From NCBI GenBank assembly GCA_036867785.1, contig CP145411.1, positions 1,240,001 to 1,304,000 of the forward strand: 64,000 nt of DNA, given 5' to 3'. The notes under the pieces are model-generated. The model was not told where the DNA came from. It did not search any database and saw only the letters and a list, made by a program, of their open reading frames with translations. Source of the DNA: Plasmodiophora brassicae. Its lineage: Eukaryota. A program made the translations under genes and the position numbers. Positions 14,179 through 25,164 of the stretch are shown here, one piece after another. The stretch's first letter is position 1. Each line of letters opens with the position of its first letter.

Positions 14179-17100
14179 CTAGAACGCGGATACAACCTGA
14201 CCGCGACGGCATTGCCGCGACGCCAACGACTCTGCATCATCCCAGTAGACACGTTGCTGCCCAATGAAAATATGCATGGGCGCGGCGTACTGACGGGGCG
14301 TCGACGCATTCGTGACGATGGCGGCGTGCTCGGCCATGGCCAATAGTACGCGGTGGAACCCGTCCATGTAAGCCGACGGGGAGAACGTCGCCCGGCTCGC
14401 CTGGCGGACGCCTCGAGCGAGTTTACGCCTGACCTGATCGAGAATGCCAGGTCGTTTGCAAATGTCAACGACAACCTGCACATACTCGTCGATATCGTAT
14501 GTGATGAGCTCGTCAAGGCCCAGCGACGACAGCAGCGCCGAGGCGACACGCGATACGAGGCGTGGCCCTTGGAGCGTGACAATGGGGACCCCGCTCCACA
14601 GGGCGTCTGCCGCCGTGCTGTGCGAATTGTACGGGAACGTGTCGAGGAACAGATCGGCCAGCGATTTGACAGCCAGGTGTGTCTCGGCGGGCTGGCTCGG
14701 CGTGATGATGACGCGATGGGCCATGCCGGCGGCTTCCGCCTCCTTCCTGATATTGTCAGCAGCGCCGACGACAATGGCCTCCTGCAGCCAGAGGACCGTG
14801 CCTCGCGTCTGTCGCAGGATGGACATCCAAGCAGCGAACATGGTCGGTGTCACTTTGTACAGCTGCGAGAAGCTGCACAGGACGATGCCATCGACGGGCA
14901 ACCCGAGGTGGACCCGATCGGATCGTGGAAGGCGCATACCGGGGCCTGTACCCGACTCTCTCGTGTACGCGCTGAACACGTGCACGCCTGGGTGATACAC
15001 CAGGCGCTCATGGATATAGGGCGGGTCGCTGATCTCCACGGGCGACGCCATACGATCCGTGATCAGATAGGGCATCGAGCGACTGCCCAGCGTCTCAGCG
15101 TAACCGAGGAAGAGCGCCTGGCACGGCGCGAGGCCCGCCGCGAACACATCGGATCGCGCCCCGCTTGTATACCCGTTCAGGTCAATCGCGATGCTGGCCC
15201 GCTCCTGACGAAGACGTGCGACGAGGGACGACGACGACGACTGAGACGATAGGTCGAGGAATACCTCGACATCGGCCATAATCTGCTGGCGCTCAACACT
15301 GCCGTCGTCAGGCGTCGTCGAGACGGCCACAGCGCGAATCAGTCGACGGTCAATGAAGGAGAAGAAGTGCTGGAGGCGGCGTCCAACCGGATGGTCTCTG
15401 AGGTCCGACGACATGAAGACGACAGTTGGGCGTGATACCGTCACGTGCCGACTATCGAACATGGCGATTCGATAAGCGCCTTTGGCAAACGTAGCCCATG
15501 ACGAGGGTGGCGGGCCCGGTGCACGCGCCTCGGCGTCGTCGGCCAGGCGTTTGCCCATGCCGTACAATAGCTCATCGTCGATGCTGTCATATGACAAGGC
15601 ATGCAACAGATGGACGCAGATGTGCCCGTGGCGGGACGTGACCTGCACCGGCAGGATATCGTTCTGCAATCGCTCCATGTCGGCTTGCCGGGTATCCCAT
15701 TGGCAAGCCTGGACCCGAGCTCGGACAAGGTTGCAGAACACGGCGTCAAAGGTTGGCAAGACTTGCAGGGCATGCTCATAAGCCGCCATGGCGTCGGACA
15801 GCGAGCCCAGGTCCTGGTACAGATCGCCCAGGTTAGCATAGGCGTAGCCGGGTGAGGAGCCGGTGCGCGCTGACGCCAGGATACCATGCTCGAACATGGA
15901 CTTGGCTTCTTCGACGGCCAGCCGATCGTCGGGCAGACGTAGACCGCGATGGCCGATGGACGAACGGTACTGCGTCAGGTGAAGGTAGCCCAGATTGACG
16001 ATCGCATCGACAAAATCGCCATCAATATCAACAGCACGCTGGAAGGCGGCGCCGGCCTGATCCAGGTGCTGGAAATGCTGCAGGATGACGCCGTACAGGT
16101 TGTGGGATGCGGCCGATGGTTCACGACGTTGCAACAGTGCCGATTCGATCGCCTGTACGGCAGCCCGCTCATTGTTCAGGTCCCTTTCGACCATTGCTAG
16201 ACCTTCCAGCGCTTCGGGAAATTCAGCACGCAGCTGGATGGCTCGGCGCAACAGACGATGACTTGATTCCAAGTCGCCCGTGCCATGGCGATACATTCCC
16301 AGGTTATACAGACCTTCCGGGCCGTCAGGCACAGCGGCAACAGCCCGTTCGAATAGAGCACCCGCGTCCGATGGGCGCACACTGTTCAGAAACGAACCGT
16401 AATTCACGAGAAGGGCATAGTGCCCCGGAAACAACGCTAGGCCATCCTGATAGGCCAACTCGGCGTCCTCCAGACGGCCGTGCGTTTGGTAGACGTCCGC
16501 CAGCATGGCAAAATCGTCAGCGCCAATTGCCACCTTGGAACGCATACAGGCGACAGCGACACCAGGCTGACGTTGCTCGCGGTACAGAAGGAACAGGCGA
16601 TGTAACAGGGCATCGTCAGCGGGCGCATCATCACTATAGCAATACGCAGTGGGGCACCGCACATCGGGCACCCTGGGTGCATCCGCATCGATCAATAACC
16701 ACCGCTCCGCTCGGTACTGCCGAAGCTCGCGCACCAAACCTGCTGATGTCCAGCCGGGGTCGACGACAAACGACGGCGCCTTGGCACACACGGCAAAGGA
16801 GACGGCTTCGCGAAACGCTCGGCTACGTGGGATATCGTTCTCTGCGACCTGACGGTACGTTATCGTCAGAGACGTTGGGCATATATATCCAGATCATGGG
16901 CAGCGAACCTGGTCGAAAAGGGTTCGATGCCAGTATACGTTGGGACGAACTAGCCCGGGTATAGCTTGCCGAGACACGACATACACTGGCCCATCCCGCA
17001 GGGCCCGATTGAGGCTCGTGTCGGATTTCAATATAGCGCAGGTCCAGGACGGCGACGCTAGGCGCTGAATGATACGGTCGGCAACGCGATAGACAGTCGC

Positions 17101-17819
17101 GGCCAGTGACGCCCGTATAGCATGCTGACGAATGCGAAGGACGACATTGTTGAAAGGGTTATCGAATGAGACGGACGTGCTGGGCAATCATGCATATGCA
17201 TCAGGCAACAGACGGACGCCAGTATTAGTGACGTCGACGTACAACGAAAGGAGATGGTTGATGACGAATACCGGTGCATGGTCCGTGTCTAGGTTACGAA
17301 TCTAAACGGATAGCGCACCGCAGCGTATCAGTGGCGGGGCTGTAGTGAATTCCATCACGTCAATGGGTACCTGGGTCTCGGTGTACGCTACGGGGCGTGG
17401 TCCCAGATCGACAGTTTGCCGGGGCAGAACTTTGAGGATATCCGACCTATAAGGCAGTGGCGCCAGCGAAACCTGACCATGCCAAGATCCAGTGCCTATG
17501 GCATAAGTATATCGTTCGTTGATGGCTCGGGCAAATATATTACGTGCTGGTCCAGAACGGACATGTTGAATACAACGTGTATGGGGTTCGGTTCCCCGGC
17601 CTGCAAGTGAAACTGACGTGACAGCATGACGGTTACGGCACCGGCTCGGTCGAGCAGGCCAAACAGATTGATCAGCGATAGCGGGCGGTCAACATCGGCC
17701 ACGAGCAGCGACGGGGCTGGATCCGGAATCGAACCGGGTGACCACCCGGCCACGTCGAGGTTGGCTACTGCATGGGCTATAATGAAGAGAGACAGAGCGG
17801 TACTTCGCAGATCCGCCAT
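14179..17819 (-). CDS. TPR + GT41 (OGT/SEC-like) glycosyltransferase with a probable signal peptide and extra N-terminal domain; 5' exons inferred
   Basis: TPRs (ALLVNYGSFL, GLYNLGMY, AYANLGDLY). OGT catalytic motifs FCNLV..CQW, SSDLRDHPVG, IDLNGYTSGAR, FLGYAETLG, FSQLYKVTP, ADLFLDTFPYNSHSTAADALWSGVPIVT, SRVASALL. Upstream exons appear to reach MADLRSTALSLFIIAHAVA at 17819. Confidence 0.85.
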
Positions 17820-19366
17820 CGTGCCGACAGACCCGGCTGGCATCGCGTGCCCTCAGATCATAACCGCGTCCTCCACCGACCTACGACCGCGACGCACTTC
17901 GCCGACTGAGCCGCGCCATCACACTTGCCCGTCAGGTTGCATCCCGCACGCGGCACGCACATGGCACGTGGCCACAGTGATAATGACACCAACATCGCAC
18001 ACAAAGCAAGCCTAGTTAGTGCCTTGGAACAGTACTAATATGCGAGCATGCCGGCAGGGGACAGGTCGACATGATATGACGTCAATGCTTGGCGCCATTC
18101 AGCTGATCACGGCGGCCTGATCGGCAAACCCGTATCCGACCTCCTGGTCTCCGGCTTTCAATAGTTCCCAAACAGCATCAGCGAATACGTCCACGTTAGC
18201 GCCAAACTTGTGCAACCCAGGGGCGGTCTGTGTCCACGGCGGCGGGATGACCTCCACGACGCGGATGTCCGTTTGGCGCAGCTTGTTACGACTGGAACGC
18301 TCACGCGCGTTGCGCGTACTGGTAACGGCAACGTTACCGGTAGTGGTTTGGCAGGATGACATCAATAAACCGTCCGCGGACGCCGAGAGGATGCAGGATG
18401 CGGGAAAGCCTACTTTTGTGAGTTCGTATAGATATCTGTAGCTCGATTGCAGTGCACGTAATTTAATAGACATGCACCTACTCCTACAGCTTACGCTGAA
18501 TGACACTTATAATGGTAAGTCGGACCTTCAATACCAATACAATGATGGTGTTCTTTACTCCACGAAATTTACTCGCCGCTGTCTCCAGTAGTGATTGTTA
18601 GGAATTCGGTTATCTCGCGGTCGCCGGAGCCAGTCACATAGTGAGACTGGAACCATTTTCCCACACAGAACCCGAACCGAGTCCGGGAATTGGAGAACCG
18701 TCTTCGGTCACGTCGTCTGGTCTCGAAATCCCCGGCACCGGAAACGAAACTCGCATTGTTGTCTGAGGGACCGTATCGCGAGTCGGCCGGTTATTCATCA
18801 AGGCTGACGGGCCGGGACTGGAGAGACGGTGCCTGTCCACCAATCGTCCAAGGCCCCCATTCTTCCTAGCAGCTACCTGCTAACTTCCGGATCGGAAATG
18901 GTACCGTTTTGGTGTGAAAAGTCACGTACGTACAGTTCGCCGTACTATTCACGGTGCCCAACTGTCACTACATGTCACTGCACCCCGGTGGTCCCCCAAC
19001 TTCGGCGTTGGAAACTGGCTGAACGAGATATCGATAATGCTTCATCCGGGTCTCATGTCGAACAGCTTGCCATGAGCTTCTTATAGGATACGCCATATAC
19101 AACAATACTACTTTGGAATACCGAAAGTACGCGCGTACACTTTGGAAATCTCGAGAAACGTCGTCATATTTGCAAGCTCGTTCCTCATGCAGCTTTAACC
19201 GACTGTTGTTTATTTTTATATCACATTGTAGACTTTAACGAGCTGGACAAGTTGTGTAACAAGTCTGTTCAATAGGCGCAGGAGGATGCGGGAATGGCCG
19301 ATTTTGCACTGGGAACGCCCTTGCAGTATATTATACGGGTCTATACAAAAAAGTTCGTACGAACTT

Positions 19367-19540
19367 ACGAACTTCGGTATAAAAGGATAGACCTTTACGA
19401 ACTTCGGTGTAAATAAATAGACCTTTACGAACTTCGGTGTAAATAAATAGACCTTTACGAACTTCGGTGTAAATAAATAGACCTTTACGAACTTCGGTAT
19501 AAACAAATAGACCTTACGAACTTCTGTGTAAAATAGACCT
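19367..19540. repeat. 30-bp tandem repeat, about 6 copies, subterminal in the inner transposon
   Basis: Unit ACGAACTTCGGTGTAAATAAATAGACCTTT, head-to-tail with no spacers. Confidence 0.9.
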
Positions 19541-20113
19541 GACGAGTAACGAAACTATGGGTAGTTTGACGGATTTGGCTAGAGGGGTGCCTATCCAATC
19601 TTACCGTAAATGCAAACAATGGACGCCGACCCCACCGGCGCATACCTTCGCCCGCTTGATCTTCGCCGCAATGATCAACGCCGCCGAGCAGGCAGTCGTG
19701 GGACCGCAAGGTCCCCAGTTCGAGGCACGATCTCCCCCAAAAAAGTCCCGGTGACCAACAGCCGTAAATGTTGCAGGGGTGAAGATCAGGCAGCCCAAAG
19801 TGCCAGAGCCATTAGGGGTCTCGCTTGAGCGTCTGGGAGGTAAAGGAACGGCCCGTAACAAGTGTATGTCGGCTCCCCGGCGTAGGCGGTATGGCGAAGA
19901 GGTCCGACAAGAGTGCAGTCGACAAGTCCGGGCGAATCACGTCCCGTTCCGACATCGTCCAAGGCGCGATGAACCCAGTACAAAGGTGATGCCGGGGGAT
20001 GTTGGCGTTCTGCTGCTGAACCTTCGATCCTCGGACTCGAGACCGAGGCGCCTGCGTGAAAAGCGCGAAAAACAAATAAAGCCAAAACCAACCAAACCAA
20101 CCAGTATATTATA

Positions 20114-20824
20114 CTTCCTCCGTACCACTTCTTTTGCAAATTTGCCTCCCGAAAATAACGGCTACGGCGCTGCCGCCACCCACTTCTGCGCAATCTGGCA
20201 TGCAAACGGACAACCGATACGCAAAGCGTTTGAAGTGTGGTGTTCCGAGCAAAGTGTGATCGCATCGAGGAAACGTATACAATAGAGCTGTCGCAGCTGT
20301 TTGAAATGGCGTCAGATGCGGTTTGAGCCGAACGCTGTGATGCACGATGCATCCTTCTTTAACGCGACGACTCGCAGTGGAGACGGGCATGGCGAGTGCG
20401 CCGGCAAGCGCCCTTATACTCTTTCGACGACTGTACGGGATTGCCATCAGCACATCAGGATCGGCCACATTTTTGGCTCGTCCGGCATGGCCACGCTTCG
20501 TCGACTTTACGTTGGCCATTCGCGAGCCGGTATCGAGAGATTCCATCGCTCGAGCCCAGATACGACTCACCGCGATTGAGACTTCTAAAACCCGGGCTGC
20601 CTCGCTCATGCGGCCGTGGTCTAGCCGCCACTCTCCGTCGCAGTGCCGTAAGAGATATTCGTACACCTCCTGTCTCTGGTCGTTGGTCAGATTGGGTCTG
20701 CGGTTGGTCCCCTGGACACGATGTTCAGGTGCTGGCGCTTCGGGGAACGACATGCAGCCTCCACGCAGTTCGAAGCGCACGCCAAAAAATTTGCAAATTT
20801 GCAAAAGAAGTGGTACGGAGGAAA
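20114..20824 (-). mobile_element. Non-autonomous mariner (plant Stowaway/DD39D-like) deletion derivative
   Basis: About 32-bp TIR CTTCCTCCGTACCACTTCTTTTGCAAATTTGC with TA on both flanks. Retains only the N-terminal HTH region (LTNDQRQEVYEYLL...VSRIW...IPYSRRKSIRALAGAL...HSVRLKPHLT). Confidence 0.85.
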
Positions 20825-20994
20825 TATATAATTGAACACGGGACGGTTGTGTTAAGTGCTGAAATGGCAGTGTAGGACCCTAGCTCACACACAAGGCCAG
20901 CCTCATGTAGGTTGCATTCCTGTTGTGGTGATTGAGACAGAAAAGTTAATTATGCGTATTATTTGGGAATAGAAAGCAATGGGGCGCATCACAA

Positions 20995-22010
20995 TCATGT
21001 CGCTTGAAGTGGAGTGACAGCGAATAGCGGCTCCCCGTTTTCGAGCGTGACCTCGACCACGTTCGCAACCGCATGGAAGCAACTCGGATGGTAGTCGCGA
21101 CGATGCCGAAATGCCGCCTCATGCAAAACGGCGAACGTCTTGACCCGTGCGTTTGTAGACCGGACCGCCCAACTAGGCCACGAGAGCAGGGGGGCCACGA
21201 GAGCAGCTGCTCTCGTGGCCTAGTTGGGCGGTCCGGTCTACACGTTGACGGTCTCGTGTCGGGCCAAGAATTTTTATTCTGGCAGCCATCTGGTCTCCCT
21301 CTTCGGCCCACTTGAAATACACTGCGTCCCGATAGGCGATAGCCTTTATCGTCTACAGTGACTTCGCCTTGTCGGACATGATCGACGTAGCAGGAGCGTG
21401 TCAGCTTCAAATCCTGCCACTCACCGCATGAAACACCGCCCGCAACCCACACGATCTGTCCAGTGCGAATGCAGAGGCCGATCTCGTACCGGATGCCAGG
21501 CCCGTTCAGCTTATGTGAGTACCATTTCTTGTCGAATGGGGACGGCTCCTGAATGGGAGTGGGACAGTCGGTCCCGTCAAGTGAAACCAGATAACTGCTA
21601 TGCTTTGGGGGCACAGGAGAAGCGCTGATTCCATTGAATCTGAACGAGAGGATTAATATGATAGAATGATCACTAGCGCAATACTGTAATGTGTTTACAA
21701 CAGGAAGATCCGTCAGTAATTTGACGAATATCCATGTCACTTTGCGGAACAATTTCTCGTCAGCACCCGTTATAAAGCTGTTGACGTGCTCTGTTTCATA
21801 TCGATTGAGAAAAAGCAACGCCCACAGCAAATGGACGGGCTTCGTTCCAGGAGGAGTACGCAATGCGCAGAGAACGACGCAAGTGTCTGCACTGACGCCG
21901 AACATGGCCCGAAACCGCCGGTGCCCTGTTGCTCTACCTTCCGAGTCATGGTGCCGAGTCAGGGTATGACCCAGCCTCCAGAACTCGTCAACGGTTGCCA
22001 TCGCCGCCAA
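20995..22010 (-). pseudogene. DDE_Tnp_4-like (Harbinger group) transposase, disrupted
   Basis: RFRAMFGVS, HLLWALLFL, SLDGTDC, WYSHKLNGPGIRYEIG, DDKGY, HETVNARVKTF. The last motif is split by the hairpin insertion at 21154-21242. Confidence 0.8.
21154..21242. mobile_element. 89-bp palindromic (hairpin) insertion
   Basis: TGTAGACCGGACCGCCCAACTAGGCCACGAGAGCAG...CTGCTCTCGTGGCCTAGTTGGGCGGTCCGGTCTACA flanked by 4-bp TSD CGTT. Confidence 0.9.
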
Positions 22011-22553
22011 AAGTGCGCAGTGTCCATGCAGTGACCGCCGTGAAATGTACGGACACTTGCCAAGAGTACGTGACGCACCATTTTTGAGGATGAAGTCCTC
22101 GTCCTATATTTCGAGTCTTGTGTAGATGTTAAAACCACCTTCTTGTTCACGTCTAGATCTACATTATGACGTGCCGATAGTTAAAATCCAATTATACAAG
22201 AATGGTAAAAACGCTTACAAACAACACGGCGCATCGCGAGTGTACCCAAGTGTACAGCCGCAGCACTTGATATAAAAATTTATATTACTGTTTGTCAGGT
22301 ATCCCAATTAAAAGAGGATGGAGAGCTCTACATTATGGTATCCTGTTCAAGCATAGTCGACTTCTCAGTCAGCCAGTTTACTCTAGTGAACTCGAGCATT
22401 ATGGGAGTGCAGTGACACGTGATTCTGTAGTGTCCACCGTCAAATGTCCGCAAGTGTCCATGTAACTACAGAGGCAATTCTGTTCCGACGAAGTCCGGGC
22501 TAGCCAAAGGGGGGCCGGATATAAGACTGGCGAACACTCCCTCTCAGATCTCT

Positions 22554-23597
22554 ATGCCGCGTTGGACGAAGGATTGTGCAGCAGAGCGCAAGCTCAAGGA
22601 GCTTCTCGCTACGGGGTCGATCAACCTACATAGATGCGAACCCGGCCGAGGTGCAGAATACGTACCCTGGGGTTCGGAGTTTCAGCCCTCATACCTTCCG
22701 GCGACATTTCGCCGAGATCAAGACGGAGATGTTAAAAGAAGGTGCGATGTGTAAGTATCAAGTCCTGACTCTTTAAGACTTCAAGCATTCTGATGGTATG
22801 TGCGCCAGTGCGGACGCCGACCACGGAAACAGGGGCACCAGGCAGTTCGGAAGCAAGTTCGACGTCTAGTTCGACAACCGAGGACGAGGACTCAAGCTCA
22901 AGTCCAAAGAGGGTAAAGACCGCCACGGTTGTCTATGACAACCTGTGTATGCAACGGTGTACAAAGACACGGGCACTCAAGCCGAGCGGGTGGTGTTATG
23001 TGTCGCTATCTCCGGCGGCTCGCATATCGACAAGATCGACCTGTCAGTTTCTGACGACGGCAGAACAGCGGTAATACGTCATACCTGGCCTCATGCTGCA
23101 TACACGCCCGCCGTTGGGTTTACTCCATGGAAGGATAAGGACGACAGCTTAACACACTACGGCCGTATCATCGCTGTCAATTAGGAGCTGGAACATCATC
23201 GTTCGCACCACGATGCAGCCCCTGAAGCAACGCTACGTATATAATTGCCGATTTGTTAGGAGACGACACGACGCGACATGATGCCAGACGACGATTGTCT
23301 CCAGAACACGGAATAGCCGACTGAGGTCGGCGTCCGCGGACGGTTTATTTCTGTCATCCTGCCAAACCACTACCGGTAACGTTGCCGCGCGCCGCGCGTA
23401 CGCGTTCCAGTCGTTACACGATTCCTGTCCATCGAAATACCCGAACGTGGACAAAAAATGCAGTCAGTTTCCCAGAGTCTGGGCAGCTTCTTCTCTGGGA
23501 GCTGAAGGCGTACCAAACGGAATACGCGGCCGGATCGGGCGATCGCCTGGTGACCGAGCGCGTTTCTATCGAGAGCGAAGGAGAAACGTCTAAGTAA
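22554..23597 (+). pseudogene. Second (accessory) ORF of the Harbinger-like element, frameshifted and interrupted by a solo LTR
   Basis: MPRWTKDCAAERKLKELLATG..NPAEVQNTYP..FRRHF, then YATVYKD..VVLCVAISGG and LPIPVHRN once 23254-23418 is removed. Divergent from the transposase and inside the TIRs. Confidence 0.55.
23254..23418 (-). mobile_element. Solo LTR (165 bp)
   Basis: TGTTAGG...GTTACA with 5-bp TSD CGATT. Shares the GGAGACGACACGAC and ATTGTCTCCA motifs with the gypsy LTRs at 34703 and 48524. Confidence 0.9.
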
Positions 23598-25164
23598 AGA
23601 GTTTAGTAATTACTGCGCAATTTGATGCAATACAGGCCCGTTCGATTACTATACGTTACTTTGCCAGAGTTCATGTTTACATAACGGCTACCTCCTACAA
23701 GCGACGGGTTTCATGTTAGAGCGCAACAATCGGCCATTTCTGCATCCTCCAGGACAGGCGGCGTGATCCGTCGCTAAAGATAGTGTCCACGTACCTTTTA
23801 GTGGGCTGTCATACATTGCGCGCGGACGTTTGCGGTGACGTTCGCGTACACTTGGCGTCACTTTTGGTCGACGCCAAATGTCCGTTTTGGCGGCGACGGG
23901 AACGGTTGACAAGTTCTGGGTGCCGGGTCATACACTGACTCGGCACCGGGAGGTTCCAGCTGCACTAAACGAATCTTGGCCTGGCACGATACCGTGAACG
24001 CGCGGGCAAAGATGTTCTCCGTTTTGCGTGAGGCGTGTTGGCATCGTTGCGGCTACGATCGCAGGTGTTTCAATGTGGTCGAGAACGTGGCTGAGGTCGT
24101 GCTCGAACATGGAAATGCGCTATTTGCAGTCAGCCCAATTGGAGCCCCGTGATCATTACCTGCTTTCGGTTTCGCAAATACAATATGCCTAGTTGCCTGG
24201 CTCTGTCAACAGAACAGAAATGTGACCTATATCATGAAGACAGTCTTGTATGTCGAGACCGGGTAATTGAACGACATTTCAGCGGTTAATATAACCGTCC
24301 TATCCATTAACCTGTGCAATTATATATGTATATATACTGGAAGGGAGTCCCCAGCGCAAAAGTGGTCATTCCCGCATCCTCCGACCACAGTCGGATATTC
24401 CGTGTTCTGGAGACAATTCGCGTTGTGTCGTCTCCTAACAGGAGAATCTTCGTCTGGCGTCAAGTCGCGTCGTGTCGTCTCCTAACACAGCTGGTGACGA
24501 AGCGACCAGGTCCAGGAGTGCAACCCTGTCTGCCCAAATGAACGTTAAACAGAAGCACCTTGGTGGCGCTGTAGATCGGCGTGTCAGACTTCGGAACAAA
24601 CGATAGGCCACTCGAAACGTTTACTATCGACACATTTCGTACTGATTTCAAGTGTGGCACCAGGAGAAGTGTGAGATGGATGGGCCCCGACACGATAATG
24701 CCGATTCCCGAAGCCACTGTCGCCCAATCGTCTTTCATACCGTCCAGGACGTTGAATGACCTCTGGATGCCGGTGTTATTGACGAGAACGTTCAGGTCCG
24801 AGAATGACTTCAGGACAGCATTCACAAGTGCAATCCGTCCCTCCGCCGTGCTAACGTCACCTTGCAGGATGTTCAGCTCCGGGTGCAGACGCTGAGCTTC
24901 TTTCAGATGAGCGTCGAGCCGGCGCCCGGCAATGATGACAGTGTGCCCCTCCCTTATGTACCGAATGGCTACCGCCCTGCAGATACCGGTACCACCACCC
25001 GTGATCAAAACTGTCGACGGTTCCGATGGCATGATGACAAAAGCAGGCCGTCCGTCGACGCGGTCCCAAAGGCCTATTCGATTTCCCGCACCGCACTGTA
25101 CTCCGTCTGAAAATCGCGAAGTATGTTGGTTTTGGCCCGGTTTTGATGATGTTCCACGTTTGCG

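Larger units (their letters stand above)
19282..23749 (-). mobile_element. Inner PIF/Harbinger-like transposon with transposase and a divergent second ORF
   Basis: TIRs GAGGATGCGGGAATGGCCGATT / AATCGGCCATTTCTGCATCCTC. 3-bp TSD CAG (19279-81, 23750-52). Confidence 0.8.
18387..24381 (+). mobile_element. Outer PIF/Harbinger-like DNA transposon, deleted
   Basis: Termini GAGGATGC.../...CCCGCATCCTC with 3-bp TSD CGA. Transposase C-terminal remnant at about 23965-24130 (+): HDTVNARAKMFSVLREACWHR...CFNVVENVAEV. Confidence 0.75.
18284..24487. mobile_element. Solo LTR split by later insertions (halves 18284-18386 and 24385-24487)
   Basis: TG...CA ends and 5-bp TSD CAGCT (18279-83, 24488-92). The joined halves match the reverse complement of the intact solo LTR at 23254-23418. 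Confidence 0.85.
18099..25032 (-). pseudogene. Short-chain dehydrogenase (DltE-like SDR) interrupted by a 6.2-kb nested insertion
   Basis: 5' part (24488-25032): TVLITGGGTGIC, VLVNNTGIQR, VNVSSGLSFVP, YSATK, short intron 24530-24558, LHSWTWSLRHQL. 3' part (18099-18283): RQTDIRVVEVIPP. The frame is restored by removing 18284-24487 plus one copy of the CAGCT duplication. Confidence 0.85.

Noticed and set aside
18596-18900. TGTTAGG-starting segment as another LTR
   Set aside because: I could not find a matching CA end or a TSD.
19367-19540. 30-bp repeats as a CRISPR array
   Set aside because: Units are contiguous with no unique spacers, no cas genes are present, and the context is a eukaryotic transposon subterminus.
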